A stretch of 40,242 nt of DNA from Leptolyngbyaceae cyanobacterium (GTDB lineage Bacteria > Cyanobacteriota > Cyanobacteriia > Phormidesmidales > Phormidesmidaceae): NCBI GenBank assembly GCA_965263355.1, contig CBDHHL010000028.1, forward strand, positions 1 through 40,242, in the 5' to 3' direction. The notes under the pieces were generated by a model. That model had not been told where the DNA came from. It saw nothing but the letters and a program-made list of their open reading frames with translations, and ran no database searches. Positions 16,256-24,749 of this stretch are shown piece by piece. The position numbers and the translations under genes are program-made. Within the stretch, counting starts at the first letter, position 1. Each line of letters starts with the position of its first letter.

Positions 16256-16492
16256 ATGACTGACCAAGAAATTGCTAGACTTCAGAGATTAAACGAAAAG
16301 ATAGTTCAAAAGAAGCGAGAAATAAAAGAATTTTTAGAAGCTCCTGTTGTTGAGTCAATTTACTCAGAGGAAGCGGATCAGTATTCGGATGATGAATTCA
16401 TCTTGCAAAAAAAAGAAATTTGGGAAAACATCCCGACTGAAGTTTCAACGCTAGTTAAGCTTTGCAAGCAGCGTAAATCAATTTTATCTTAG
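16256..16492 (+). CDS. Small hypothetical protein
   Basis: 78 aa, AAGGA then ATG directly after the repeated promoter. Confidence 0.65.
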   Translation: MTDQEIARLQRLNEKIVQKKREIKEFLEAPVVESIYSEEADQYSDDEFILQKKEIWENIPTEVSTLVKLCKQRKSILS

Positions 16493-16502
16493 TGATGCCA
16501 CG

Positions 16503-16527
16503 GCCCCAGCAATGGGGCTATTTTTTT
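16503..16527 (+). terminator. Intrinsic terminator
   Basis: GCCCCA-gcaa-TGGGGC then TATTTTTTT. Confidence 0.7.
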
Positions 16528-16531
16528 AGCC

Positions 16532-16756
16532 ATGTCACCAACACCAAAAACGCCTAACCCACAGTGCCCGCACTGTCAAGGAAAGACCCAAAAAAACAAA
16601 GTACTGAAGTCAGGCAGACAACAGTATAAATGCACCGTATGCAAGCGCTGCCATACCCCAGGAAAGACCGTAGGCGGTAGGCCCCCAGTCGATGACCCGT
16701 CACCGGCAACCCTTAGACAGCGGAAAAGTAGGGCAGCAAAACGTACGGATGAATGA
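16532..16756 (+). CDS. InsA-like zinc-ribbon protein with GRP/basic tail
   Basis: CPHCQ...KN....SGRQQYKCTVC matches the IS1 InsA Zn-ribbon; followed by GGRPP and TLRQRKSR; no transposase catalytic part. Confidence 0.72.
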   Translation: MSPTPKTPNPQCPHCQGKTQKNKVLKSGRQQYKCTVCKRCHTPGKTVGGRPPVDDPSPATLRQRKSRAAKRTDE

Positions 16757-16804
16757 CACCCTATAGACATGTGACAAAGGGTGAGGGTATATTAGAAGAG
16801 TAGC
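16743..16804 (+). promoter_or_regulatory. Repeated promoter element copy 2
   Basis: Matches copy 1 except for the 12-nt segment carrying the -35 (TAGACA-18-TATATT). Confidence 0.75.
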
Positions 16805-16824
16805 AAGCGAGAGAGAAAAAGATT

Positions 16825-17085
16825 ATGTTGACTGGCAACTATTGCATTGACAAAGCCGCTAAAAACGTTCTAGAGGAACAAGTAAAAGCAGCTAGCAAAA
16901 AACTTAACGAATATCCAAGAGAAGCCAATGGGTTAACACCTGCATCTACAAAGGCCATGGTCGGTTGGCAGGAAGCTAAAATCGCTTATGGCAATGCATT
17001 TAACTCTCTTCGTAAGTTTAACGGGGCATTTTGTAAGCGATATAAAAAAGAAATTCGCGCTGAACGTAAAGTTAAGGCAGCATAA
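16825..17085 (+). CDS. Small basic hypothetical protein
   Basis: 86 aa after the repeated promoter; same GATTATG start context as the 16256 gene. Confidence 0.65.
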   Translation: MLTGNYCIDKAAKNVLEEQVKAASKKLNEYPREANGLTPASTKAMVGWQEAKIAYGNAFNSLRKFNGAFCKRYKKEIRAERKVKAA

Positions 17086-17135
17086 AACAAAAAACCTCGC
17101 TAATCAAGAAAAGGTTAGCGAGTTTTTTTGTTTTA
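17084..17135. terminator. Bidirectional terminator
   Basis: AAAACAAAAAACCTCGCTAA ... TTAGCGAGTTTTTTTGTTTT between convergent genes. Confidence 0.75.
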
Positions 17136-17148
17136 TGTCCGCTAAGCC

Positions 17149-17637
17149 CTAAAGTTTGTATTGCTCTAACACGCCCGAATCAATTTGTTCTTCTGTTAGG
17201 CCCATATCAAGCAAAACTTGCCTTGGAAGATTGCTCAAGTCTTGCGTCCGCTCGATTTTTACCCATGGGTTCTCTTTATCTGGCAATGGGGCATAGCTAA
17301 ACTTAAACGTATAGACTGCATTGTATGCGTGAGTAGGGATAGCAGGAATATATTCTGCATAGTCATCATTGACCATAGGAATATCAGGAATATATTCTTC
17401 ATACTCATCATCAATTAGCCATGGCCCCAAACGTTGATGAGTAGGCGCGCCGGGGAACCTAGGATCTGCGCTGTCAGGGTCTATTTTCTTTTCAGTCCCC
17501 ATGCGTTCTTGATCGTTAATCTTTGCCCTGCCGCTGTAATCGACTAAAACGCAAGTCATGTCTTGAGCTTCATCGTAAAGCTCGTCAGGGATTCGATCCA
17601 TGTCAGGGATGCAAACAATTAAATCTGGCTTATTCAT
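17149..17637 (-). CDS. Acidic hypothetical protein
   Basis: GAGGAGGAG SD then ATG at 17637 (MNKPDLIV); internal repeat DDEYEEYIPDIP / DDYAEYIPAIP. Confidence 0.65.
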   Translation of the reverse strand: MNKPDLIVCIPDMDRIPDELYDEAQDMTCVLVDYSGRAKINDQERMGTEKKIDPDSADPRFPGAPTHQRLGPWLIDDEYEEYIPDIPMVNDDYAEYIPAIPTHAYNAVYTFKFSYAPLPDKENPWVKIERTQDLSNLPRQVLLDMGLTEEQIDSGVLEQYKL

Positions 17638-17639
17638 AA

Positions 17640-17873
17640 TTACTCCTCCTCTTCGCTGTATATGTCGCCTTGGCTTTGGTCCATTGAACTGGCTGGAAAC
17701 TGGCAATCGCCTATGAAAATACAGTCTATCGGCAAGATAGGATCTCTTGTCTGTTCATAACGATTTTCAGGCTCTTTGTATTGTTTCCAGCCGTATCTTT
17801 TTGCCATGTCATCACAATGTTGTTTTGACGCGGCAGAGTATCGAGTCTCTTTTTTGTTGTTGAAAAAATTCAT
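17640..17873 (-). CDS. Hypothetical protein
   Basis: AAGGA SD, 77 aa, tightly packed in the operon. Confidence 0.65.
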   Translation of the reverse strand: MNFFNNKKETRYSAASKQHCDDMAKRYGWKQYKEPENRYEQTRDPILPIDCIFIGDCQFPASSMDQSQGDIYSEEEE

Positions 17874-17902
17874 TTTTCCTTATTGTTGGGGGTTTCTTTT
17901 AA

Positions 17903-18628
17903 TTAGGCAAACAACCAGGGCTGAATTACTTTTGTATGCCGATTGCGGATAAGTCGAAGAAACTCTGTCTTTTCTCCACATACAATCATTAGTTCGTATG
18001 ACGTGCGAATATAGTCTTTTAAGACCTGAGTATCAGCGTCATCTGTCAGGTACTGATGTTGCTTTGACTTTCTACGTCCTTTGGTATCTTGCGGGTTTAC
18101 TTCATTCAGCCTGTCTAGAACAGCTTTAGGCATCCAATCGTAAACAGCTTTATTGATGAAGCCTGACATACAACGGTAGCTCCAGCGCCATCCGGTTAAT
18201 CGCTCAGCTTCAGCCCTCCATTCTGGGAAAAAGTGCTCTTCCCATTGCTGAGGATGGTCAAGAACCCATGCTTCAATTGCTAAATTTTCAGTAGGCTGAA
18301 CTAAAGCTTTGAGCGCAGCTTTAGCTTTTGAAAATGCTTGTATTAGTTCGACTTTGCATTTTACGACATCTGGCGTATTGCGACTCAATGTCATAACGAA
18401 GGTCGCTTGATCTTCGTTGAGTAGGCAGTATTTGGGGCGTCGTCCCGGCCCATTTAATTTCTCCGTTTCAAACCTGAAAATTCCAAACGCCTGCGTAGCA
18501 ATAGTTCTGTGCTTTTCGATAGTTTCTAAGAAATTAGAATGATCAATTCCTAGCCGTTCTGCAATCAGCCTAGAATCAACTACTAATTCTCCATCGCAAT
18601 TGAATGCGGTAATATCTGTATTAGCCAT
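17903..18628 (-). CDS. Rha-family antirepressor fused to a P63C-like domain
   Basis: VVDSRLIAERLGIDH...LLNEDQATFVMTLSRNT...LIQAF (Rha); WEEHF..E...RLTGW...VYDWMP..VL..L...NP....GRRKSKQHQYLT (P63C). Confidence 0.8.
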   Translation of the reverse strand: MANTDITAFNCDGELVVDSRLIAERLGIDHSNFLETIEKHRTIATQAFGIFRFETEKLNGPGRRPKYCLLNEDQATFVMTLSRNTPDVVKCKVELIQAFSKAKAALKALVQPTENLAIEAWVLDHPQQWEEHFFPEWRAEAERLTGWRWSYRCMSGFINKAVYDWMPKAVLDRLNEVNPQDTKGRRKSKQHQYLTDDADTQVLKDYIRTSYELMIVCGEKTEFLRLIRNRHTKVIQPWLFA

Positions 18629-18707
18629 GTACTTACTTCCGTTAAGTTTGTGGTTAAGCAGCTGCCAATAGTTCCAATATTGGGAGCTGCTGCCAATCAT
18701 AGCATTT

Positions 18708-19874
18708 TTACTGATGCTCAACTAGTTCAATATGAGCCATATGATCAGGCTGGCTGTCCGCTATCGATTTCGCTTGTTGCTCAATAAATTCAGCATCAAC
18801 AGATATGGGGCACGGCTCAATTTTGACATCAAAGTTATTTATCAACGCTTCATAAACCATCGGATTTATGCCCGTCTCAACATTGATTAGTTCATCCAGT
18901 GAAGCGAAGTTATCGAGACATTGATTGCCTTGATAGTGGCTGCCGCAATCGCCCATAGTCTTTATATGGCGATCCCCAGCCATTACATTGCGGATTACTT
19001 GAGCAGTCGTGTCTTTTTCTGTATACTCGCCCGCGTCACAGGTGCGTGCATTGCTAGCAAATGTGTTGTTTTTTACGGTATTAATTCGGCTGTCATTCCC
19101 CTTAACAGTATTCAGGCCAACTCCAGATTTGCCATTAAACATACTGAGATTGTCTTTAATCAGTAGATTGCCCCGATAGATGCCCGTATCGTTTTGAAAA
19201 TGAATGCCGTTCCCTTCATCTAAGGCCATGGTTGCGAAACCCTTAGAAAGTACTCGTGAGATTACATTGCATTGGTTTCCAAAAACCAGATTTTCAGAGA
19301 TTTCATACAACGTTTCCGTCGGCCCTTTTGGCTGACTGTTGGCAATGCCATGGCTGCCAGAAATTGAATACCAGCAATTATGATAAATGACACTACCTTT
19401 AATCAGATGAGAGTGCCCATCCTTGTTAGTAATCCCCCCACCTGGAAAATGATGGATTTTACATCCCTGAATTTTGATGTTTGAGCAATTGTTTAATGCG
19501 ATGCCCCGTCCTGTTATTTGAAGCGGCGCATTATGCCACCATAAAGACAATGCATAGTCTAGGTCTAAATCCTGGCTGTGGCCTGCAAATTCTATATCAC
19601 TGATATAAATGTGATTGGAGTTTTTTATCGCTAAGCCATTCACGTCAGAGACTATAGTCACAGGGCCATCACCAAACGGCATTATCCTAATTGGAGCTTC
19701 GGCTGTTCCTTTTAGCCCACTAGCAAAAAAAGCATTTCCACGGGTCCGTGTTTCCCATGAAGTGTTGTATTCTTCATGTTGATAAACGCCAGACTTTAGC
19801 AGGATACGATCGCTCGCCTCAACAACTTTGAGTGCACTTTGAAATTGATCTGATGTCTCGATGATGTATCTCAT
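18708..19874 (-). CDS. Right-handed beta-helix (pectin lyase-like) protein
   Basis: ILLKSGVY, GTAEAPIRI, repeated Asn/Gly/Ile coils (GRGIALNNCSNIKIQGCKIHH, GNGIHF, IKDNLSMFNGKSG); no signal peptide. Confidence 0.8.
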   Translation of the reverse strand: MRYIIETSDQFQSALKVVEASDRILLKSGVYQHEEYNTSWETRTRGNAFFASGLKGTAEAPIRIMPFGDGPVTIVSDVNGLAIKNSNHIYISDIEFAGHSQDLDLDYALSLWWHNAPLQITGRGIALNNCSNIKIQGCKIHHFPGGGITNKDGHSHLIKGSVIYHNCWYSISGSHGIANSQPKGPTETLYEISENLVFGNQCNVISRVLSKGFATMALDEGNGIHFQNDTGIYRGNLLIKDNLSMFNGKSGVGLNTVKGNDSRINTVKNNTFASNARTCDAGEYTEKDTTAQVIRNVMAGDRHIKTMGDCGSHYQGNQCLDNFASLDELINVETGINPMVYEALINNFDVKIEPCPISVDAEFIEQQAKSIADSQPDHMAHIELVEHQ

Positions 19875-19877
19875 TGA

Positions 19878-20513
19878 TTAGCTCCCGAAAAAGCCTGCAT
19901 TACTTGCATCAAACGCAAAGATAGGACTTGCCCTAATAGACTCCGCAACAGTTTCTTTGTTTGCCATGACTCTATCAAAGCCAAAGGCTACATACCCAAA
20001 TATATCGCCATTTTGAGCCAGTATGGGGCAAGAAATAGTTAGCTGAATATTATTTGGTTCTAGCTGCTGTCTCAATAGGCCTTCTGGGAGATCCTTGGTA
20101 GGCTTGACCCAGCATTGACCTAACTTATGATAATCAAGTTGCTCTAGATATATATCCTCTTGCTGGATATCTAACCACCCGTAGGTTGCTGATACTGGCA
20201 CTCCGATTCGTGCGATCGCAAAACTAAAGCGCCGACGCTGGTCCTCGTCGTACAAAAATGACCCTACCCATTGAGCGTTTAGCCTATCGCCCATGGATGT
20301 AATAACATCTTCGATACTTTGTTGATATATAAGCCCCCTAGCGATGCCCTGTGCTATAGAACCAGGCGTTTTGATTTGCAAGCAAGCCTCGCTAAACTGA
20401 GTATGACTCGTCCAGAAAAGAACTAGGCCAAAAAATAACCCAATCGATGCGATTATGAACGCCCGACCTAATTGTGTTCTAAGGAATGGAAACAATGCTC
20501 TATCGTTTCGCAT
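19878..20513 (-). CDS. Single-TM protein with C-terminal GAF-like domain, T4 holin T-like
   Basis: 211 aa; basic N-terminus, TM at ~18-34; LDYHKLGQCW and LTISCPILAQNGDIFGYVAFGFDR parallel T4 T (YTVHLNGRHY; YMYSCPYFNLDNIYAGTITMYWYR, recalled). Confidence 0.55.
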   Translation of the reverse strand: MRNDRALFPFLRTQLGRAFIIASIGLFFGLVLFWTSHTQFSEACLQIKTPGSIAQGIARGLIYQQSIEDVITSMGDRLNAQWVGSFLYDEDQRRRFSFAIARIGVPVSATYGWLDIQQEDIYLEQLDYHKLGQCWVKPTKDLPEGLLRQQLEPNNIQLTISCPILAQNGDIFGYVAFGFDRVMANKETVAESIRASPIFAFDASNAGFFGS

Positions 20514-21246
20514 TAGGAGTTTTGCTATCTATTGACTTTTCATTAGCCATGTCCTTAGCCTTTGATACAATACCAACAGCTGCACCGGTCGCGTTAACGA
20601 GCGCCCCGATTACTAGGATCGTAGCGTCTCTGCCAAAAGACATCAGTTCCGTTGGCACTCGCCTAAAAATACTTAATAAAAATGGGGTCAGATAGAAAAA
20701 AACACCCGCATAGATCAGCCATTTAACGACAAGTTCTTGTAGCTCAGACTGGCGCAATTGAACTTGCATATCCTTGTTGGACGCTTTCAGTTCTTTATTG
20801 GATTTCTCCAATTGCAAGATCAAATCTCGTTCCTGTTGCTCTTGCTCCTTTATTTGTTCTTCTTGGCGTAAATATTCTGTCCGGTCTCGAACGACTTCGC
20901 CTACATAAGTTTCACCTTCGTGATTGACAATAAATAGTCGTAGCCAGATAGGGATCTGTCGTCCCATTCGTGTTTTGCCAAAAAGCGGAGCTTCAGAACC
21001 CATATCACGGGTCCTTTGCCCACGGAGAAACGCGTCATACATTCTGTCATGAGCGCCTTCTGATATAAGGGATTCGGGAACCAAACTGTAGACTTTCAAG
21101 CCAACCATTGCCGTTGGATTTTCGTACTCAAAAAGTCTAGCCGCTGCTGGGTTAGCAAGGACTATTTTGCGTTGTGAATTCCCAAAGATGACGGGATCAG
21201 GATTGAATTCAAATCCAGCTCTTGCTAACGCTGCGTCAGGCATCAA
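20500..21246 (-). CDS. FixL-like PAS domain + coiled coil + two TM helices
   Basis: NPDPVI...IVLANPAAARLFEY....MVGLKVYSLVPE...HDRMY...RDMG...GKTRMGRQIPI...VVRDRTE PAS/PAC; Q/E-rich coiled coil; two hydrophobic helices; no kinase domain. Confidence 0.85.
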   Translation of the reverse strand: MMPDAALARAGFEFNPDPVIFGNSQRKIVLANPAAARLFEYENPTAMVGLKVYSLVPESLISEGAHDRMYDAFLRGQRTRDMGSEAPLFGKTRMGRQIPIWLRLFIVNHEGETYVGEVVRDRTEYLRQEEQIKEQEQQERDLILQLEKSNKELKASNKDMQVQLRQSELQELVVKWLIYAGVFFYLTPFLLSIFRRVPTELMSFGRDATILVIGALVNATGAAVGIVSKAKDMANEKSIDSKTPNAKR

Positions 21247-21313
21247 ATTAAACCATTTTCAGTTCAATAATCCATAGTCTCTCTATTCTTACAGCACCCT
21301 GTTTCACAGAAGA

Positions 21314-23305
21314 TTAAGCAACTAGAACAATGAGCACGTAACCACCGCCGCCGTTACCTCCCGACGCATCTACAGTGCCATCTGAGCCGGTACCTCCCCC
21401 ACCACCGGCACCTGGCCCCGAACCATCACTAGCCGGATTCGTAGTGCCTCCGAAATTGCCCCCCTTACCTCCGGTTCCAAAGGCGTTAGGGTTATCTTTA
21501 TCAGGGATCACGACGCCATTGCCAGCGCCACCACTGGGGATACCAAACGCCGTTGGACCGGATCCCGCACTGGCTGATCCTCCACCACTGCCAGAACCCG
21601 GCCCCCCGTTACTTGTGCCCCCTTGAGACTGGGTAGCCCCCAGCTGTCCATTAGGTAACGCACTAGCTCCATCACCACCTTGTGCACCATTACGATAGAC
21701 GATGCCAGGAATGCTAGAGCTGCCGTTCCCCCCTGGTCCGCCTAACCCCCCGGCTATGTCTACGGTATCAACGGTGGATGTCTGGCCAGCAGCACCCCCA
21801 ACACCGCCCCTAAGCGTTATGGCATCAAACGGCCCTACAGCATCTATGGTTACTTGGCCTCCAGATGAACCGTTAGAGTTTGCAGATCCACCAAGGCCAG
21901 GATTGCCGATAGTCCCGGTTATCGTTTGCCCTTGCAGTGATAGCGGAAACGCCTGCACCAGTTCTAAAGAATCTCCTGAGCCACCGCCGCCGCCGCCAGA
22001 CTTACCGTTACTATAGTCACTTTGAGCGCCGCCGCCACCTCCGCCACCGGGAGCCGAGGCATATAGTCTAAATTCGCTATAAAGGTTGATCGGCACTGTG
22101 AAACTGAATGACCCTGGAGTGTTAAATAGTATGATCTCATCAGCTGTCGCTGGAGCACTTAGGCTCAGATCCTCAAAAACAAAAAAGACATATCCTCTAG
22201 CCCCCGATCCTCCCCTGGGAGATATGCCCGTATTGCCTGGTGCTCCTGGGCCACCACCTCCCCCTGCTCCTCTTAGTTCTCCTGATTGAGCCCTCAAGAA
22301 CAACCGAGCATTGCCCCCATCGCCACCATCACCATAGACTCTCGGATTGTCTTGCGTTATCTCCTGAGCACTATTAAAACCGGTTCCCCCGGTTGCAACG
22401 TTAGCCGGAAATAAGTTTCCCGATGAGTGACCCCCGCCGCCGCCGCCTCCAGTGCCCCCATAAGATTCCCCATTGCCAGGAGTGTTGTTAGTGTTAGTTA
22501 CCCCCCGAGAACCATTGCCGCCCCTACCGCCGGGAATAGTGACTAGTGAGGCGAATCCCTCGGTGACCTGGCCACCGGCTCCCCCTTGAGGGTTTGTCAG
22601 ACTAGCATGTTGTCCACCAGAGCCACCGCGAGCAAGGATCCTCGGGAAATTACCCCAGGCATTAATAATAGTGCTTCTCCCGCTGCCCCCTGGTGTCGGG
22701 CCACCATCACCTCCGGACCCTGCGCTCCCGCCACGTCCTACAGAAAGATTAATATTTTGTCCTCTTAAATCAGTCCCGTAGGGAAAGCGTACAAGCTCAA
22801 AAGCTGCGCCACCACCTCCTCCTCCGCCACCTGAGAGTATGGCAAAAGAGAACGTGTTAAATTGGCCTCCTCCGCCACCTCCGCCCCCTCCTGCGCCATA
22901 TATCGACATATGAGTATACGGATAAGTAGGCGATACGAAAGAAAAGTTACCGGCTGCCTCGAATAAGAAAAGCTCAGTCTGAGCCTCGATCTCCAGCACC
23001 GGTAACGGCTGAGTGAAGCTAGACCCATCGGACAACGTAATCACATAAGACGGATAGTACGTGCCCGGAGAGTAAACATGCGATATCGCATAGGGAGATA
23101 TAAGTGGTTTAAGTCCAGAATCCCCTGGATTAAATTGTATAGCAGTTACCGAGACACCAACCCCTACATTAAATAACTGTAGATTGTACTCTCTAGCGGT
23201 GTCTGCAGATTCCTCAAACGTATGATACACATGAGTCTGGGCGACATCAGACTCACTGAGATTAGGATACTCCGCAAGCCCTTGAAGGTAACGAACGATG
23301 CCCAT
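21314..23305 (-). CDS. Glycine-rich virion/tail-fibre-like protein with two Gly-rich domains
   Basis: Two repeats of F..(A/P)G.FSF..P....GGGGGGG ... GxxGYVxxV; N-terminal PKD-like HVYSPGTYYPSYVIT. Confidence 0.75.
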   Translation of the reverse strand: MGIVRYLQGLAEYPNLSESDVAQTHVYHTFEESADTAREYNLQLFNVGVGVSVTAIQFNPGDSGLKPLISPYAISHVYSPGTYYPSYVITLSDGSSFTQPLPVLEIEAQTELFLFEAAGNFSFVSPTYPYTHMSIYGAGGGGGGGGGQFNTFSFAILSGGGGGGGGAAFELVRFPYGTDLRGQNINLSVGRGGSAGSGGDGGPTPGGSGRSTIINAWGNFPRILARGGSGGQHASLTNPQGGAGGQVTEGFASLVTIPGGRGGNGSRGVTNTNNTPGNGESYGGTGGGGGGGHSSGNLFPANVATGGTGFNSAQEITQDNPRVYGDGGDGGNARLFLRAQSGELRGAGGGGGPGAPGNTGISPRGGSGARGYVFFVFEDLSLSAPATADEIILFNTPGSFSFTVPINLYSEFRLYASAPGGGGGGGAQSDYSNGKSGGGGGGSGDSLELVQAFPLSLQGQTITGTIGNPGLGGSANSNGSSGGQVTIDAVGPFDAITLRGGVGGAAGQTSTVDTVDIAGGLGGPGGNGSSSIPGIVYRNGAQGGDGASALPNGQLGATQSQGGTSNGGPGSGSGGGSASAGSGPTAFGIPSGGAGNGVVIPDKDNPNAFGTGGKGGNFGGTTNPASDGSGPGAGGGGGTGSDGTVDASGGNGGGGYVLIVLVA

Positions 23306-24745
23306 TTATATTGCTTCCTGCTCTAGCCTAATTGTTCTATCTGAGGCAGTGACAACACTAATTATCCCTAGATCATAGTCTCGTATAGTCACTCCTGGAG
23401 CCGGGTTAATGTTTGCTAACGCTAATCTGAAGCCAGGATCCAACGTTACCGCTATTTCAGCGAATTTCATATCTAGGAGATTAACAAAGGTCTGACCATT
23501 TAGAAACGTTTTAACACTTCCTGCCTGATCTAAAGAGACTATATGGGACGTAGGGGCCGTTAATCCGGTCTCAACCAGTGCGAAAAACTCTGCCTTTACT
23601 AAAATTACCCCGTAAGGATCCCCTCGTCTGAAAACAATATTCCCTACCGAGAGATCGGTTTCCGCACGGTCGTACTCTACGTCTATGTGACCGTTGTTAT
23701 AGATCACCGATAGATACGGAGTACTGGGATCTGCAGTAAGATCCTGAAAGTCACTAAAGAGATAGGGATTGTTAGCCGATAGAAACGCCTTATAGGTAAA
23801 CAAGACATGGGTAGCTGAGGACAAATCAACCGGGGATCCGTTACCCATGCTAATGGGAGGCTCAGTGCCCGATTTACCCAGAGTCACATTTCCGGTCCAC
23901 TGAAAAAACGATGTCAGGCCTTGGAAGCTGAGGTTGCTTGATGGCTCTTCAGCGCCCGCCGACTCTCTAACCCAGCCTGTACCATCGTTGTATAACTTCA
24001 GCCCTTGAGATTCAGTTAAGCTTGCGTTTGTGTAAAGCGTTCCGTCGACGGTAACAGCGCTGTTTGGAGGAATGATCGCGTCAACTTTTTTAGCTGTATT
24101 TATATTTGTTGTTAGCGTATAAGTCCCACCGTTCTGCAGATAACCAATAGAGGCATAGCCCAGCGTTGCACCGTCCAGCTGTTGAGTGATCTCTTTTCCA
24201 TCGTCCTCAGTAACAAATGTGTCCCAATCTGCCGCCACAAAAGGCCCCGGTGGATCAAGACTCGCTTTATTCGCTGTATAAAGCGTGCCTCCTTGGAAAA
24301 CCTGAGTGCCCGTGAAATAGCCACCCACTAGCGCTGGATCATATCCGCTAGGAATCTCTGGCAAAAGCATTGCCAGTTTGTCCTCTTGGGAGTCAGGAAC
24401 CTCGTTTGCAGTAAACGCGTCAGAATGCCATCTGTTATCCTCTGTACTCCAACTTGCAAATGTCCGAGCAATAACACCCTCATTATTTACAACATAACGC
24501 CTCTGTCCGTCTGTAGTTGGGTCTGCTTCAATTGTCCAGATCGCTCCATTACTGCTGACTACATAATCTCGATCTGTTGCTGCAATTATCAGCGTATTGC
24601 CGTTATTGGCTGTCGCTGGATAGGTAGCAGATATCGCAGATATCGCAGCAGCGCTACCCGTGGCTGCAACCACCGTGCGATCTTGTGCCGTGGCTGCGAG
24701 TGTATCCGTGGACGAGGTTGGGGTTTGTCGTCTGATGATAGGCAT
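23306..24745 (-). CDS. Virion/tail-associated protein (beta-rich, Thr/Ala-rich)
   Basis: 479 aa within the late operon; YFTGTQVFQGGTLYTAN...FVAADW resembles a small carbohydrate-binding module. Confidence 0.6.
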   Translation of the reverse strand: MPIIRRQTPTSSTDTLAATAQDRTVVAATGSAAAISAISATYPATANNGNTLIIAATDRDYVVSSNGAIWTIEADPTTDGQRRYVVNNEGVIARTFASWSTEDNRWHSDAFTANEVPDSQEDKLAMLLPEIPSGYDPALVGGYFTGTQVFQGGTLYTANKASLDPPGPFVAADWDTFVTEDDGKEITQQLDGATLGYASIGYLQNGGTYTLTTNINTAKKVDAIIPPNSAVTVDGTLYTNASLTESQGLKLYNDGTGWVRESAGAEEPSSNLSFQGLTSFFQWTGNVTLGKSGTEPPISMGNGSPVDLSSATHVLFTYKAFLSANNPYLFSDFQDLTADPSTPYLSVIYNNGHIDVEYDRAETDLSVGNIVFRRGDPYGVILVKAEFFALVETGLTAPTSHIVSLDQAGSVKTFLNGQTFVNLLDMKFAEIAVTLDPGFRLALANINPAPGVTIRDYDLGIISVVTASDRTIRLEQEAI

Positions 24746-24749
24746 TGTT

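Noticed and set aside
16532..16756. IS1 insertion sequence
   Set aside because: Only the InsA-like Zn ribbon is present; no InsB/DDE ORF, terminal inverted repeats or target duplication seen
16179..16804. CRISPR mini-array from the repeated 62-bp element
   Set aside because: Only two copies 564 bp apart with genes between, promoter-like content, no cas genes
19878..21246. Degraded two-component histidine kinase
   Set aside because: No H-box or ATPase remnants; PAS precedes the coiled coil and C-terminal TMs, and both ORFs are intact and overlapping
21375..22289. Pro-rich plus-strand ORFs
   Set aside because: Antisense shadows of the Gly-rich (GGN) codons of the 21314-23305 gene
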